From NCBI GenBank assembly GCA_036556665.1, contig DATBIX010000046.1, positions 11,199 through 75,198 of the forward strand: a stretch of DNA of 64,000 nucleotides, read 5' to 3'. How positions within the stretch are numbered: position 1 is the stretch's first letter; each line of letters begins with the position of its first letter. Origin of the DNA: Acidimicrobiia bacterium (GTDB lineage Bacteria; Actinomycetota; Acidimicrobiia; Spongiisociales; ZC4RG35). Below, piece after piece: positions 53,276 to 61,849 of this stretch. The notes under the pieces were generated by a model. It was not told the origin of the DNA, made no database searches, and was given only the letters and a program-made list of their open reading frames with translations. Made by a program: the position numbers and the translations under genes.

Positions 53276-54705
53276 GCTCGCCCTTCTGCACAAAGCATCC
53301 GGAGCAGTCTGGTCTCGGTGATCGCTCGCTGTTGCCCCGCAGCTATCTGGATCTCCTCGTCGCGCTGGTTGCCGAGCCGACGCTGAGCCAGTTCCAGCAT
53401 CTCCTCCGCGCTCTTTCCCGAGGCGTAGACGATGTAGGTGAACCCGAATCTCTCCTCGTAGCGCTGGTTGACCCGGGCCAGATCGGTGAGCACCTCGGTC
53501 GGGGCGCCGGGGACACGGGACTGCTCGCGGGCGCTCACCTGATCACCTTTGTCTCCGATCCTGGGATGCGCGCCGAACGCCTCGAGCCAGTCGGGCTCGA
53601 CCAGGCCGGAGAACACGGCCGTCGCGGTGTCGAGCACGGCGCCGACGCCCGTGAAGGGACGGGCCGCCGCCATCGCCTCGACCCACCTGCCGGCGCCGCA
53701 AGCCCTGCGGAAGAAGAGGAGCGCCTCCTGGTCGAAGAGGGAGTTGAGGTACTCGATGCGCCGGGCCTCGGCGGCCTGCTCGTCCGGTCTCCCCCGCACA
53801 CGCAACCGGGCCACACCGCCGTCGGGGTGGAGATCGAGACGGAGGAAACCGGCATGTGCCGGCGGGTCGAGCCCGATCACATTGATGACATCGGCGCCGA
53901 CCTCGGCCCTGGTGACCACCTCGTCCCAGGACGCACCGTCGTCCGAGACGTGGAGGGAGACCCAACCGGGCGAGTTCCCCTTGAAGAATCGGGTGTCGAC
54001 CTCGACCGATTCGACCACTCCGGACATGCCCAGGCGAAAGTCGGCCCAGTCGTGCCCCGGGCCGCGCCGCCGCGCCGTCTCCCATCCGTCCCACATGCCT
54101 CCCGGGTCGGAAGGACGGAGAAGGTTCGAGGGATGGGAGTAGTGGACATTGGATGCGTCGAGAGCCTCGCCGCCCAGGAGCGACGAGGCCAGATCGACGG
54201 CTCCCGAGTCGGGGCAGACAGAATCACGCCCCGGGATCGGATCGCCTTCGACCCTGAGGCGGGCCACCCCACCATCGGGGAAGATGTTGAGCCTCACGTG
54301 GGTGACCCGATGCGGGTCGGTGACCAGAAACGAGGCCGTCGTGTTCCCGCTAAGGGGGGTGCGGGCTATCAACTCGACCCACTCCGCCCGGTCGAGGCGA
54401 TCATCCGATCCCGCCCCGCAGGCGTCTAGAGAGAACGACTCGGCGTAGTTGCCGGTGAAGTGGGAGGTATCCACAACCACCTCACCCACCCGGCCCGGTA
54501 TCCCCAGGGCGATGACACACCAGTCATGACCCGGGTCTCTCCTCCGCCTCGTCTCCCAACCGTCCATCCATTTCCCGCGATCGGTGTAGACCCCCTCTCT
54601 CCATATAGGTTCACCGGTCTGGAGCAGGTTCTCGGCCTCTGCGAAGAACTCGTCGTTGCAGGCCACTATCCGCCCACCCGCCGCCCTGGATATCAGATCT
54701 GTCAT
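53272..54705 (-). CDS. Bifunctional allantoicase (N-terminal, two repeats) / OHCU decarboxylase (C-terminal) fusion, 477 aa
   Basis: ATG 54705 (MTDLISRAAGGRIVACNDEFFA...). WETRRRR/DWCVI and a second WETARRR/DWADF allantoicase repeat are present. The C-terminal AHPRIG...FGFTYIV segment is an OHCU-decarboxylase signature. ATGA overlap with the allantoinase stop. Confidence 0.85.
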   Translation of the reverse strand: MTDLISRAAGGRIVACNDEFFAEAENLLQTGEPIWREGVYTDRGKWMDGWETRRRRDPGHDWCVIALGIPGRVGEVVVDTSHFTGNYAESFSLDACGAGSDDRLDRAEWVELIARTPLSGNTTASFLVTDPHRVTHVRLNIFPDGGVARLRVEGDPIPGRDSVCPDSGAVDLASSLLGGEALDASNVHYSHPSNLLRPSDPGGMWDGWETARRRGPGHDWADFRLGMSGVVESVEVDTRFFKGNSPGWVSLHVSDDGASWDEVVTRAEVGADVINVIGLDPPAHAGFLRLDLHPDGGVARLRVRGRPDEQAAEARRIEYLNSLFDQEALLFFRRACGAGRWVEAMAAARPFTGVGAVLDTATAVFSGLVEPDWLEAFGAHPRIGDKGDQVSAREQSRVPGAPTEVLTDLARVNQRYEERFGFTYIVYASGKSAEEMLELAQRRLGNQRDEEIQIAAGQQRAITETRLLRMLCAEGRA

Positions 54706-56006
54706 CTCCGCCTCAACATCCTGCCCCGACCCCCCACGATGGTGTCGCCGTCGTAGACGATCTCGCCCCGGAGGATGGTGGCACGCACCTGGCCCCTCAG
54801 GCTCATCCCCTGGTATGGGGTGATCGGGTGTCGGTGCTCCAACCTGTCGCCTCTCACCTCGATCGAGCCATCCGGGTCCCACACCACGAAATCGGCGTCC
54901 CGACCCACTGCTATCGAGCCCTTCCGATCATCGATCCCGGCCAGCTTCGCCGGTGCCTCGGCTAGCCACACAGCCATGTCGATGAGGCCGGCTCCGCGGG
55001 CGGCCGCCCCGGTCCAGGTGGCGGGGAGACGAAGCTGGAGTGAGCCGATTCCGCCCCATGCCCTGCCGAAATCCCCACCCTCCAGGTCTTTGACCTCGTT
55101 CGGAGCCGGTGAGTGATCGGAGACGACCATCGCCAGCCGGCCGTCGCGAAGCGCCTCCCACAGAGCCTCGCGATGGGTGGCGCTTCGGATCGGGGGAGCG
55201 CATTTGAAGACGGTGGCCCCGTCACCGATCTCCTCGGCGCAAAAGGTCAGATAGTGGGGGCAGGTCTCGCCCGACATCCCGGTGATTGCAGGGTCGAGGA
55301 CTGCAACCGCCTCCGCGGAGGAGATGTGGAGCACATGAACGCTGGCCCGTGACTCCCGGGTCAGATTGGCGAGCAGGGCAATCGCCGACGCCTCGGCCGC
55401 AGGAGGGCGGGAGGCAACGTAGGCGTCGTAGACGCGGGGATCACCGTCGAGATCGCCGAGCCCCATGGGGTCTTCGGCATGGATGAGCGAAGGGAGGCCG
55501 AGGTCGGCGATGACCGGGAGGGCGGAGGCCAACTCGTCCGCACCGATCGGGGGAAATTCGGGCACGCCGGAGTCCACCAGAAACGACTTGAAGCCACATA
55601 CGCCCTCCTGCGCGAGGGGAGCCAGGTCTGCCTCGCCGCCCGGGATCAGCCCGCCCCAAAAGGCAGTGTCGACGGTGAGCTTCCCATCAGCAGCAGCCTG
55701 CTTCTCATGTAGGGCTGCCACGGTCACGGTGGGTGGCACCGAGTTGAGCGGCATGTCGACGATCGTCGTCGTCCCTCCGGCCGCCGCCGCTCTGGTGGCA
55801 GTGGCGAATCCCTCCCAGTCCGCCCTGCCGGGGTCGTTGACGTGGACGTGTGAATCGACCAGGCCGGGCATGATCACCAGATCGCCGAAGTCGAGGTCGG
55901 CCGGGCCGGGGGAGGAGATCTCGACGATCTTCCCATCGTCGATGGTGATCGAGGCGGGACGCTCTTCGCCTCCCACAACGACCCGATCGCTCCGGACGAC
56001 ACGCAC
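54702..56006 (-). CDS. allB: Allantoinase (cyclic amidohydrolase)
   Basis: PGLVDSHVHVNDPGR metal-binding motif, and FKCAPPIR and VSDHSP blocks. GTG start at 56006. Confidence 0.9.
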   Translation of the reverse strand: MRVVRSDRVVVGGEERPASITIDDGKIVEISSPGPADLDFGDLVIMPGLVDSHVHVNDPGRADWEGFATATRAAAAGGTTTIVDMPLNSVPPTVTVAALHEKQAAADGKLTVDTAFWGGLIPGGEADLAPLAQEGVCGFKSFLVDSGVPEFPPIGADELASALPVIADLGLPSLIHAEDPMGLGDLDGDPRVYDAYVASRPPAAEASAIALLANLTRESRASVHVLHISSAEAVAVLDPAITGMSGETCPHYLTFCAEEIGDGATVFKCAPPIRSATHREALWEALRDGRLAMVVSDHSPAPNEVKDLEGGDFGRAWGGIGSLQLRLPATWTGAAARGAGLIDMAVWLAEAPAKLAGIDDRKGSIAVGRDADFVVWDPDGSIEVRGDRLEHRHPITPYQGMSLRGQVRATILRGEIVYDGDTIVGGRGRMLRRR

Positions 56007-56111
56007 GGTCGCAAGCTACCTGTCGGGCCCTCCAGTGCTGTCTCGCCCCGACGAGGCCGGGTAGCCTGATCTGCGCCCGGCACTGCCCCCGTTCAAAGGG
56101 AGAGATCGCAC

Positions 56112-56633
56112 ATGGAGACTGTCAGCCCACCGGATCGCACCATCAATTACGCCTTCCTCATGGGAGGGATCACCGCCGTGATCTTCGGCCTGATCCTGCT
56201 CTTCCGACAGGAAGAGGCTCTCTCGCTGCTCATGGTGATCCTCGGCTTGTGGTGGCTGATCCATGGCGTGTTCATGGTGTTCGCGGTGTTCGTGGACCGG
56301 ACCGATGTGTGGTGGAAGCTGGCCCTGGGGCTGCTCGGCATCGTGGCCGGGATCCTGGTCCTGGCCAACCCGGGGGACGCCGCCGACGCCTTCCAAGGCG
56401 TGGTCGGGATCTTCCTCGGCGTGATCGGGGTCCTCGTCGGGGTCAGCGCCCTGGTCGGCTCGTTCCGTGGGGCCGGCTTCGGGGCGGCCATCTTCGGGAT
56501 CGTCAGCATCCTCATCGGCGTCCTGATCCTGTTCAACGCCGAGTTCTCGACTTCGCTCCTCATCACCCTCTTCGCGGTGCTGCTCCTCATCGACGGGGTG
56601 GTCGCGGTCTACATGGCGATCAGGTACAGGTAG
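56112..56633 (+). CDS. HdeD/DUF308-like membrane protein
   Basis: Six hydrophobic helices with repeated G-rich spans of the type seen in HdeD family proteins. AAAGGGAGAG SD upstream. Confidence 0.65.
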   Translation: METVSPPDRTINYAFLMGGITAVIFGLILLFRQEEALSLLMVILGLWWLIHGVFMVFAVFVDRTDVWWKLALGLLGIVAGILVLANPGDAADAFQGVVGIFLGVIGVLVGVSALVGSFRGAGFGAAIFGIVSILIGVLILFNAEFSTSLLITLFAVLLLIDGVVAVYMAIRYR

Positions 56634-56676
56634 CGCCTGCCGCCCAATTCCCTCGATCCGCCATAATCGACATGAG

Positions 56677-58053
56677 ATGCGGATCATGGGGAAGGGTCGG
56701 GTCGCACACTTAGGGGCGATTTCTCTCGCCCTGTCCCTGCTGGTCGCCTGTGCCGGCAACGGTGGGACGGCGAGCGACGACACCACCGCGACCGAAGGGC
56801 AGTCGGCGACCACCACGGTCGCCTCCTCCGATGGGGGCACCGCCGCCTCTCCCTCCGCCCCAGGAGACTGCCCCGTAGGTGGTGACGGGGTCCCGTGGCG
56901 GGACGACGCCACCGTCGTCCTCGAGCAGATCTCGTCGGATGGTGACCTCACCGTGTTCGCCGCCGAGTATCCCCTCCCCGGGCCGACCGAGGGTCTCTGG
57001 TCACAGTGGGGGCAGGGAATCGCCCTGGGCGACGGGCGGCATCTCTCCGCCGTCGGAGACCATCTCGGGACCGACGGCAACTCCTACTTCTTCGTCTACG
57101 ACTCTGCCACCCGCAGCCTCACCCGCTTCGCCGACGTCCTTTCCACGGTGCCCCACCAGCCAGGAGCCACCGGGTACGGGAAGGTGCATGCCCAAATGGT
57201 CCGCGACCGATGTGGCACGGTGTGGGCCACCACCTATTGGGGCACGCGCGACGACCTGAGTTACGAGAATGGATATGAGGGCGACCGGCTCCTCGCCATC
57301 GACGCCGCTGCCTCGACCATCGGTGACCGGGGAGCGATCGCCGGCGAGTACGGGATGCCCACCATGACCGTGACCGCCGACGGATCGACCCTGGTCGCCG
57401 GGTCGGTGGATCCGAACTCGGGCGAAGAGGACACGGGCGTCCTCACCGTGTACGACGTCATGGCGGGAGCGGTCACACATCAAGTCGACGACCCTCGACA
57501 ATTCGGATTCAGGGCACTCGGCATCGACCCGGTGAGCGGCGGGGTCATGTACGGCATAGGTGACGGCAAACTCGCCGCCCTGGACCCGCTGTCCGGGGAG
57601 TCCTCCGACCTCGAACCCACCATGCCTGGCTACTGGCTGCGCGCCATCACCCGCCCGGCCTCGGACGGCACCGTCTACGGGGCCAGCGACGACGAGTCTG
57701 CACTCTTCTCCATCGGCCCAGGCGGCCAGCTCGAGGAGTTGGGCGACCCGGGCGGGACCACCACCTCTCTGGCGATGACCCCGGAGGGCGGCACGGTCTT
57801 CTGGATGCCCGAGGCGCATGGCGGAGCATGGGAGATCGGGGCGCCGATCATGAGTCTCGACACCGCGACCGGGGAGATCAGTGAGCTGACGGCTCTGCTC
57901 GACGCCTTCGAAGACGAGCTCGAGCTCCTCCCAGGTGGCACCTACTCGGCCGTCTATGACGACGGCAAGCTGATCCTCGGTGTGAACGCATCACCGCTGG
58001 ATGACGACTCGGGATTCGGCACGGTGGTCCTGGTGGTGGTCGAAGGGGTATGA
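56677..58053 (+). CDS. Hypothetical lipoprotein, probably beta-propeller-like (458 aa)
   Basis: Signal peptide plus lipobox (LLVACAG). Gly/Asp/Thr-rich repetitive beta-type sequence. ATGA overlap with the next lipoprotein gene. Confidence 0.5.
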   Translation: MRIMGKGRVAHLGAISLALSLLVACAGNGGTASDDTTATEGQSATTTVASSDGGTAASPSAPGDCPVGGDGVPWRDDATVVLEQISSDGDLTVFAAEYPLPGPTEGLWSQWGQGIALGDGRHLSAVGDHLGTDGNSYFFVYDSATRSLTRFADVLSTVPHQPGATGYGKVHAQMVRDRCGTVWATTYWGTRDDLSYENGYEGDRLLAIDAAASTIGDRGAIAGEYGMPTMTVTADGSTLVAGSVDPNSGEEDTGVLTVYDVMAGAVTHQVDDPRQFGFRALGIDPVSGGVMYGIGDGKLAALDPLSGESSDLEPTMPGYWLRAITRPASDGTVYGASDDESALFSIGPGGQLEELGDPGGTTTSLAMTPEGGTVFWMPEAHGGAWEIGAPIMSLDTATGEISELTALLDAFEDELELLPGGTYSAVYDDGKLILGVNASPLDDDSGFGTVVLVVVEGV

Positions 58054-59687
58054 CCAGGCTTCGCCTCGGTCTCGCCTTCTGCCTTCTGCTCGCCGCCTGC
58101 ACCGCCCAAGACCCGGCCGGCCAAGACGGCACCACCAGCATCGCCGTGACCGTCGCCACGGCCCCGGGCTCGACCGGGACCACGGGAGGAGGCGACGGCG
58201 GGATGACCTGCTGGACCGCCCCGATCGAGACCGCCCCGGGCCAGATCGCTCTCCTGGACGAGACCGAGGAGATGGGCCTGGTGGAGCCTCTACTCGGCCT
58301 CTACGGGCACGTCGCCGCATTCGGCCAGGTCAACGACGACCCGTTCGCCGATCTGGTTGTTGGCACCTTTGGTGATCGTGACCCCGAGGAGTACCAGGAG
58401 CGGGGAGCGGAGGGCCCGGCTCCCGACCGGTTGCTGATCAGCCAGCCAGGCCTGGTGCTCGAACCCGATTGGAGCAACGAGATGGGGCGCACCTCGGGGG
58501 CTGCCTTCGCCGATTTCGACGGCGACGGCGACAGCGACCTCCTCCTGGTGCGTCACGCCGGCCGTGACGGCGACTTTCCGGTGCCGACCCGCCTGTTCGA
58601 GAACGTCGACGGTTCGCTCCAAGCCAACAGCGAGCCCCTCCCCGCCGACTTCCGGGGCCGCACCCCGGCCGTAGCCGACTTTGACGGTGACGGCCTCCTC
58701 GACGTGTACGTCTCCGAGGACAACTCCGGCGAGACCGGCGGTCTCCTCCTCCGCAACGATGGCGAGCTTCGGTTCTCCGACGCAACGGGAGGTTCCGGCC
58801 TGGAGGGCGTGCTCTCGCTCGGGGCCACCGCCGGGCATCTCAACGACGATCTGCTTCCTGACCTGGCCACCTCCACCGCGGTGTTCGTCAATCGGGGCGG
58901 GATGACCTTCGAGGAGGTCACCCCCGAGGGATACCAGGCGGTTCCGATCGGCGAGGAGGACGACCCGGCCGGGGTGGCCATCGGTGACCTGGATCGGGAC
59001 GGAGCCACCGATCTCGTCGTGGGCCAGCACTACCGGGCGACAGTCGAGTTCGACTCCGAGGTCGCGGTGAGGATCTTCCTCGGCGACGGGGCCGGAACAC
59101 CCAGTTTCACCGAGGTCACCGAGGCTTCGGGCAGCACCCCTCTGCCCACTCTCGCCCCTCACGTCGATCTCGCCGACATCGACAACGACGGCTGGCCTGA
59201 CGTCGTGACCACCGCCTCGGCCGGAGACGGCAAGGCCCCGGCCATCCTGCGCAACACCGGCAACCCCGATCTCGCCTTCGAGACCAGTCCCGGTCTCGGG
59301 TCCGATCAGTACTGGATAGGAGCCCCCGTCGCCGATGTCGATCACGACGGGCGATTGGACCTGTTCGCCGTCGAATGGGAGCCCTCGCTTCCCTCACTCA
59401 TGTTCATGAATCGCGGTGAGACGGGGCACTGGCTCGAAGTGTCGGTGGACCGGCCCGGGGACGGGATCGGCTCCGTGGTCACCGTCACCACCGAACAGGG
59501 GGAGGTGATCGGGCGGGAGCAGATCTGGGTGGGAGGCGGCTACTCCACCGGTGTCTTGCCGTACGCCCACTTCGGTCTCGGTCCCGAGACCTCCGTCGCG
59601 GTGACCATCACCCTGCCCGACGGGACGACGGAGGAACTTCCCCAGGTGGCTGCCGATCAGCACATCCGGTGGCCCGGAGGCTGTTGA
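58050..59687 (+). CDS. FG-GAP/VCBS-repeat lipoprotein with ASPIC/UnbV-like C-terminus (CRTAC1 family)
   Basis: Lipobox LLAAC. Repeated FADFDGDGDSD, VADFDGDGLLD, IGDLDRDGATD, ADIDNDGWPD and VADVDHDGRLD motifs. The C-terminal GGGYSTG...HFGLG block is present. Confidence 0.8.
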   Translation: MTRLRLGLAFCLLLAACTAQDPAGQDGTTSIAVTVATAPGSTGTTGGGDGGMTCWTAPIETAPGQIALLDETEEMGLVEPLLGLYGHVAAFGQVNDDPFADLVVGTFGDRDPEEYQERGAEGPAPDRLLISQPGLVLEPDWSNEMGRTSGAAFADFDGDGDSDLLLVRHAGRDGDFPVPTRLFENVDGSLQANSEPLPADFRGRTPAVADFDGDGLLDVYVSEDNSGETGGLLLRNDGELRFSDATGGSGLEGVLSLGATAGHLNDDLLPDLATSTAVFVNRGGMTFEEVTPEGYQAVPIGEEDDPAGVAIGDLDRDGATDLVVGQHYRATVEFDSEVAVRIFLGDGAGTPSFTEVTEASGSTPLPTLAPHVDLADIDNDGWPDVVTTASAGDGKAPAILRNTGNPDLAFETSPGLGSDQYWIGAPVADVDHDGRLDLFAVEWEPSLPSLMFMNRGETGHWLEVSVDRPGDGIGSVVTVTTEQGEVIGREQIWVGGGYSTGVLPYAHFGLGPETSVAVTITLPDGTTEELPQVAADQHIRWPGGC

Positions 59688-59717
59688 TTCACGATTCCCC
59701 AGGATGATCCGTCTGGG

Positions 59718-59723
59718 TAGCAT
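59718..59723 (+). promoter_or_regulatory. -10-like hexamer TAGCAT, 6 nt upstream of the aminotransferase ATG (leaderless-type)
   Basis: TAGCAT-cccggc-ATG with no SD. Confidence 0.35.
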
Positions 59724-59729
59724 CCCGGC

Positions 59730-61010
59730 ATGACCGACCTCGTCAGCAGACACAAGGACGTGATCGCCCCGGTCATCGGGTTCGACACCGAGATACACGC
59801 AGCCAGCGCCGAGGGCATCTGGATCACCGACGTGAACGGGAATCGATGGGCAGACTTCGCCTGCGGGATCTCCGTGACCAATCTCGGGCACAACCACCCG
59901 GCTGTCGTCGAGGCGGCCCATCGCCAGATCGACAAGCAGATGCACTCCGGATCCATCGTTCGTTACGACGCGATTGTCGAGTCCGCCGAGCGCCTCCGGA
60001 GCATCACCCCGCCCGGGATCGAGAAGTTCGCATTCGCCAACTCGGGTGCCGAGGCGGTCGAGGCCGCCGTGAAGCTGGCCAAGTACTCGACCGGTCGTCA
60101 AGGAGTAGTCATCTTCCGCGGCGGCTTCCATGGCCGCACGATGGGCTCGGTCAGCTACACCACCTCGAGCGCCCGGTATCGGGACGGCTATCACCCGGTG
60201 CTCGGCTCGGTGTTCATCGCCCCGTTCCCCCATCCCTACCGGTGGGGGATGTCCGAGGGCCAGGCCGTGGAGCACTCCCTCACCGAGCTCCAACTCCTGT
60301 TCAAGCACGTGGTCTCCCCTCACAACATCGCCTGCTTCCTGATCGAGCCGGTCCAGGGCGAAGGTGGTTACTACCCGGCCCCCGTCGCCTTCATGTCGGC
60401 GCTGCGAGACGTGGCCGACGAGCACGGGATCAAGCTGGTCTTCGACGAAGTGCAAACCGGGTTTGGCCGGACTGCCGAGTGGTTTGCTTCCGATCACTTC
60501 GACGCCAAACCGGACGTGATGGCATTGGGAAAGGGGATCGCCAACGGCCTGCCCCTCTCGGCGTACGGCGCCTCACGAGAGATGATCGACGCCTGGCCCC
60601 GGGGGGCCCACGGCACCACCTTCGGAGGCAATCCGGTCTCGACGGCGGCCTCTGTGGCGGTCATGGACACCATGGAAGGGCTGCTGCCCCATGCCCGTGA
60701 TCTGTCCAAGCACGCCTTCGAGCGATTCAACGAGCTCGCCGAGCGCCACCCCACGATCGGTGACGTGCGCGGGCTGGGGCTGATGATCGGAGTCGAGCTG
60801 GTCACCGACCCGGAGAGCCGGGACCCCGACGAACAAGCCTTCCGTCACGTGGAGAAGCATCTCTTCGATCGTGAGCTGATCTTGATCAGCTGTGGCCCTG
60901 ACCACAACGTGATCCGCTTCATCCCGCCGCTCATCACCACCAGCGAGGAGCTCGACTGGTCGATCGACCTCGTTGACGAGGGGCTCACCAGCTGGGAGAG
61001 CCGCTCCTGA
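59730..61010 (+). CDS. Class III (GabT-like) pyridoxal-phosphate aminotransferase
   Basis: NSGAEAVEAAVKLA, DEVQTGFGRT and ALGKGIANG (PLP-Lys) motifs. Confidence 0.85.
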   Translation: MTDLVSRHKDVIAPVIGFDTEIHAASAEGIWITDVNGNRWADFACGISVTNLGHNHPAVVEAAHRQIDKQMHSGSIVRYDAIVESAERLRSITPPGIEKFAFANSGAEAVEAAVKLAKYSTGRQGVVIFRGGFHGRTMGSVSYTTSSARYRDGYHPVLGSVFIAPFPHPYRWGMSEGQAVEHSLTELQLLFKHVVSPHNIACFLIEPVQGEGGYYPAPVAFMSALRDVADEHGIKLVFDEVQTGFGRTAEWFASDHFDAKPDVMALGKGIANGLPLSAYGASREMIDAWPRGAHGTTFGGNPVSTAASVAVMDTMEGLLPHARDLSKHAFERFNELAERHPTIGDVRGLGLMIGVELVTDPESRDPDEQAFRHVEKHLFDRELILISCGPDHNVIRFIPPLITTSEELDWSIDLVDEGLTSWESRS

Positions 61011-61047
61011 GGCCCACCCCCGTCGACGGGGCCACCACCAGCCGCAG

Positions 61048-61812
61048 ATGACGAGAGCCGCACTCGTGATCGGCGCGGTCCTGATCCTCGGGCTCGCCGT
61101 CTTCTCGGTATGGCGGCCTGACCGGGATGAGCCTCAATCCCAGGCCGCCGCTTGGACCACCACGGTCGCTCCGGCGACCACCGAGACCCCGGTCAGCACC
61201 ACGATCCGCGCGACCACGACCTCTTCCCCTACACCGACGACGGCCGAGACCATCTTCCAGTCATCGGTCGACGTGGTCACGGCCGAGGATCTGTATGCCT
61301 CCTGGCGCCCCGGTTGCCCGCTCGATGTCGATGAGTTGCGCGGCGTCGACGTCTCCCATTGGGGGTTCGACGGAGAGCTGCACACCGGCCGCCTGATCGT
61401 GGCCGAGTCACTCACCGATGACGTCATAGCCATCATGGAGGATCTGTTCGAGGCCGGCTTTCCGATCGAGAGAATGGAGCCGATCGACCGCTACGACGGC
61501 GATGACGATCGGAGCATGGCCGCCAACAACACCAGCGCCTTCAACTGCCGGCCGGTGACCGGTGGATCATCGTGGTCGGAGCATTCCTACGGGCGGGCCA
61601 TCGATGTGAACCCGCTTCTCAACCCCTATGTGAGAGGCGCCACCGTGCTCCCAATGGACGGGGCCCGTTATGCCGATCGCGATCTGGACATCCCCGGGAT
61701 GATCCATCCGGGCGACGAGGTGGTTGATGCGTTCGCCGCCCGCGGCTGGGCCTGGGGGGGCAGCTGGTCCGGGACCAAGGACTACCAGCACTTCTCCACG
61801 ACCGGTCGCTGA
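61048..61812 (+). CDS. M15-family (LAS) metallopeptidase, membrane-anchored
   Basis: ATG 61048 followed by a TM helix, then a Thr-rich linker. SEHSYGRAIDVNP and ...DYQHFS motifs (SxHxxGxAxD...H). Confidence 0.7.
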   Translation: MTRAALVIGAVLILGLAVFSVWRPDRDEPQSQAAAWTTTVAPATTETPVSTTIRATTTSSPTPTTAETIFQSSVDVVTAEDLYASWRPGCPLDVDELRGVDVSHWGFDGELHTGRLIVAESLTDDVIAIMEDLFEAGFPIERMEPIDRYDGDDDRSMAANNTSAFNCRPVTGGSSWSEHSYGRAIDVNPLLNPYVRGATVLPMDGARYADRDLDIPGMIHPGDEVVDAFAARGWAWGGSWSGTKDYQHFSTTGR

Positions 61813-61849
61813 GCGGGAACCGTTTCCCGCGTCAGAGCATCCAACCGGC

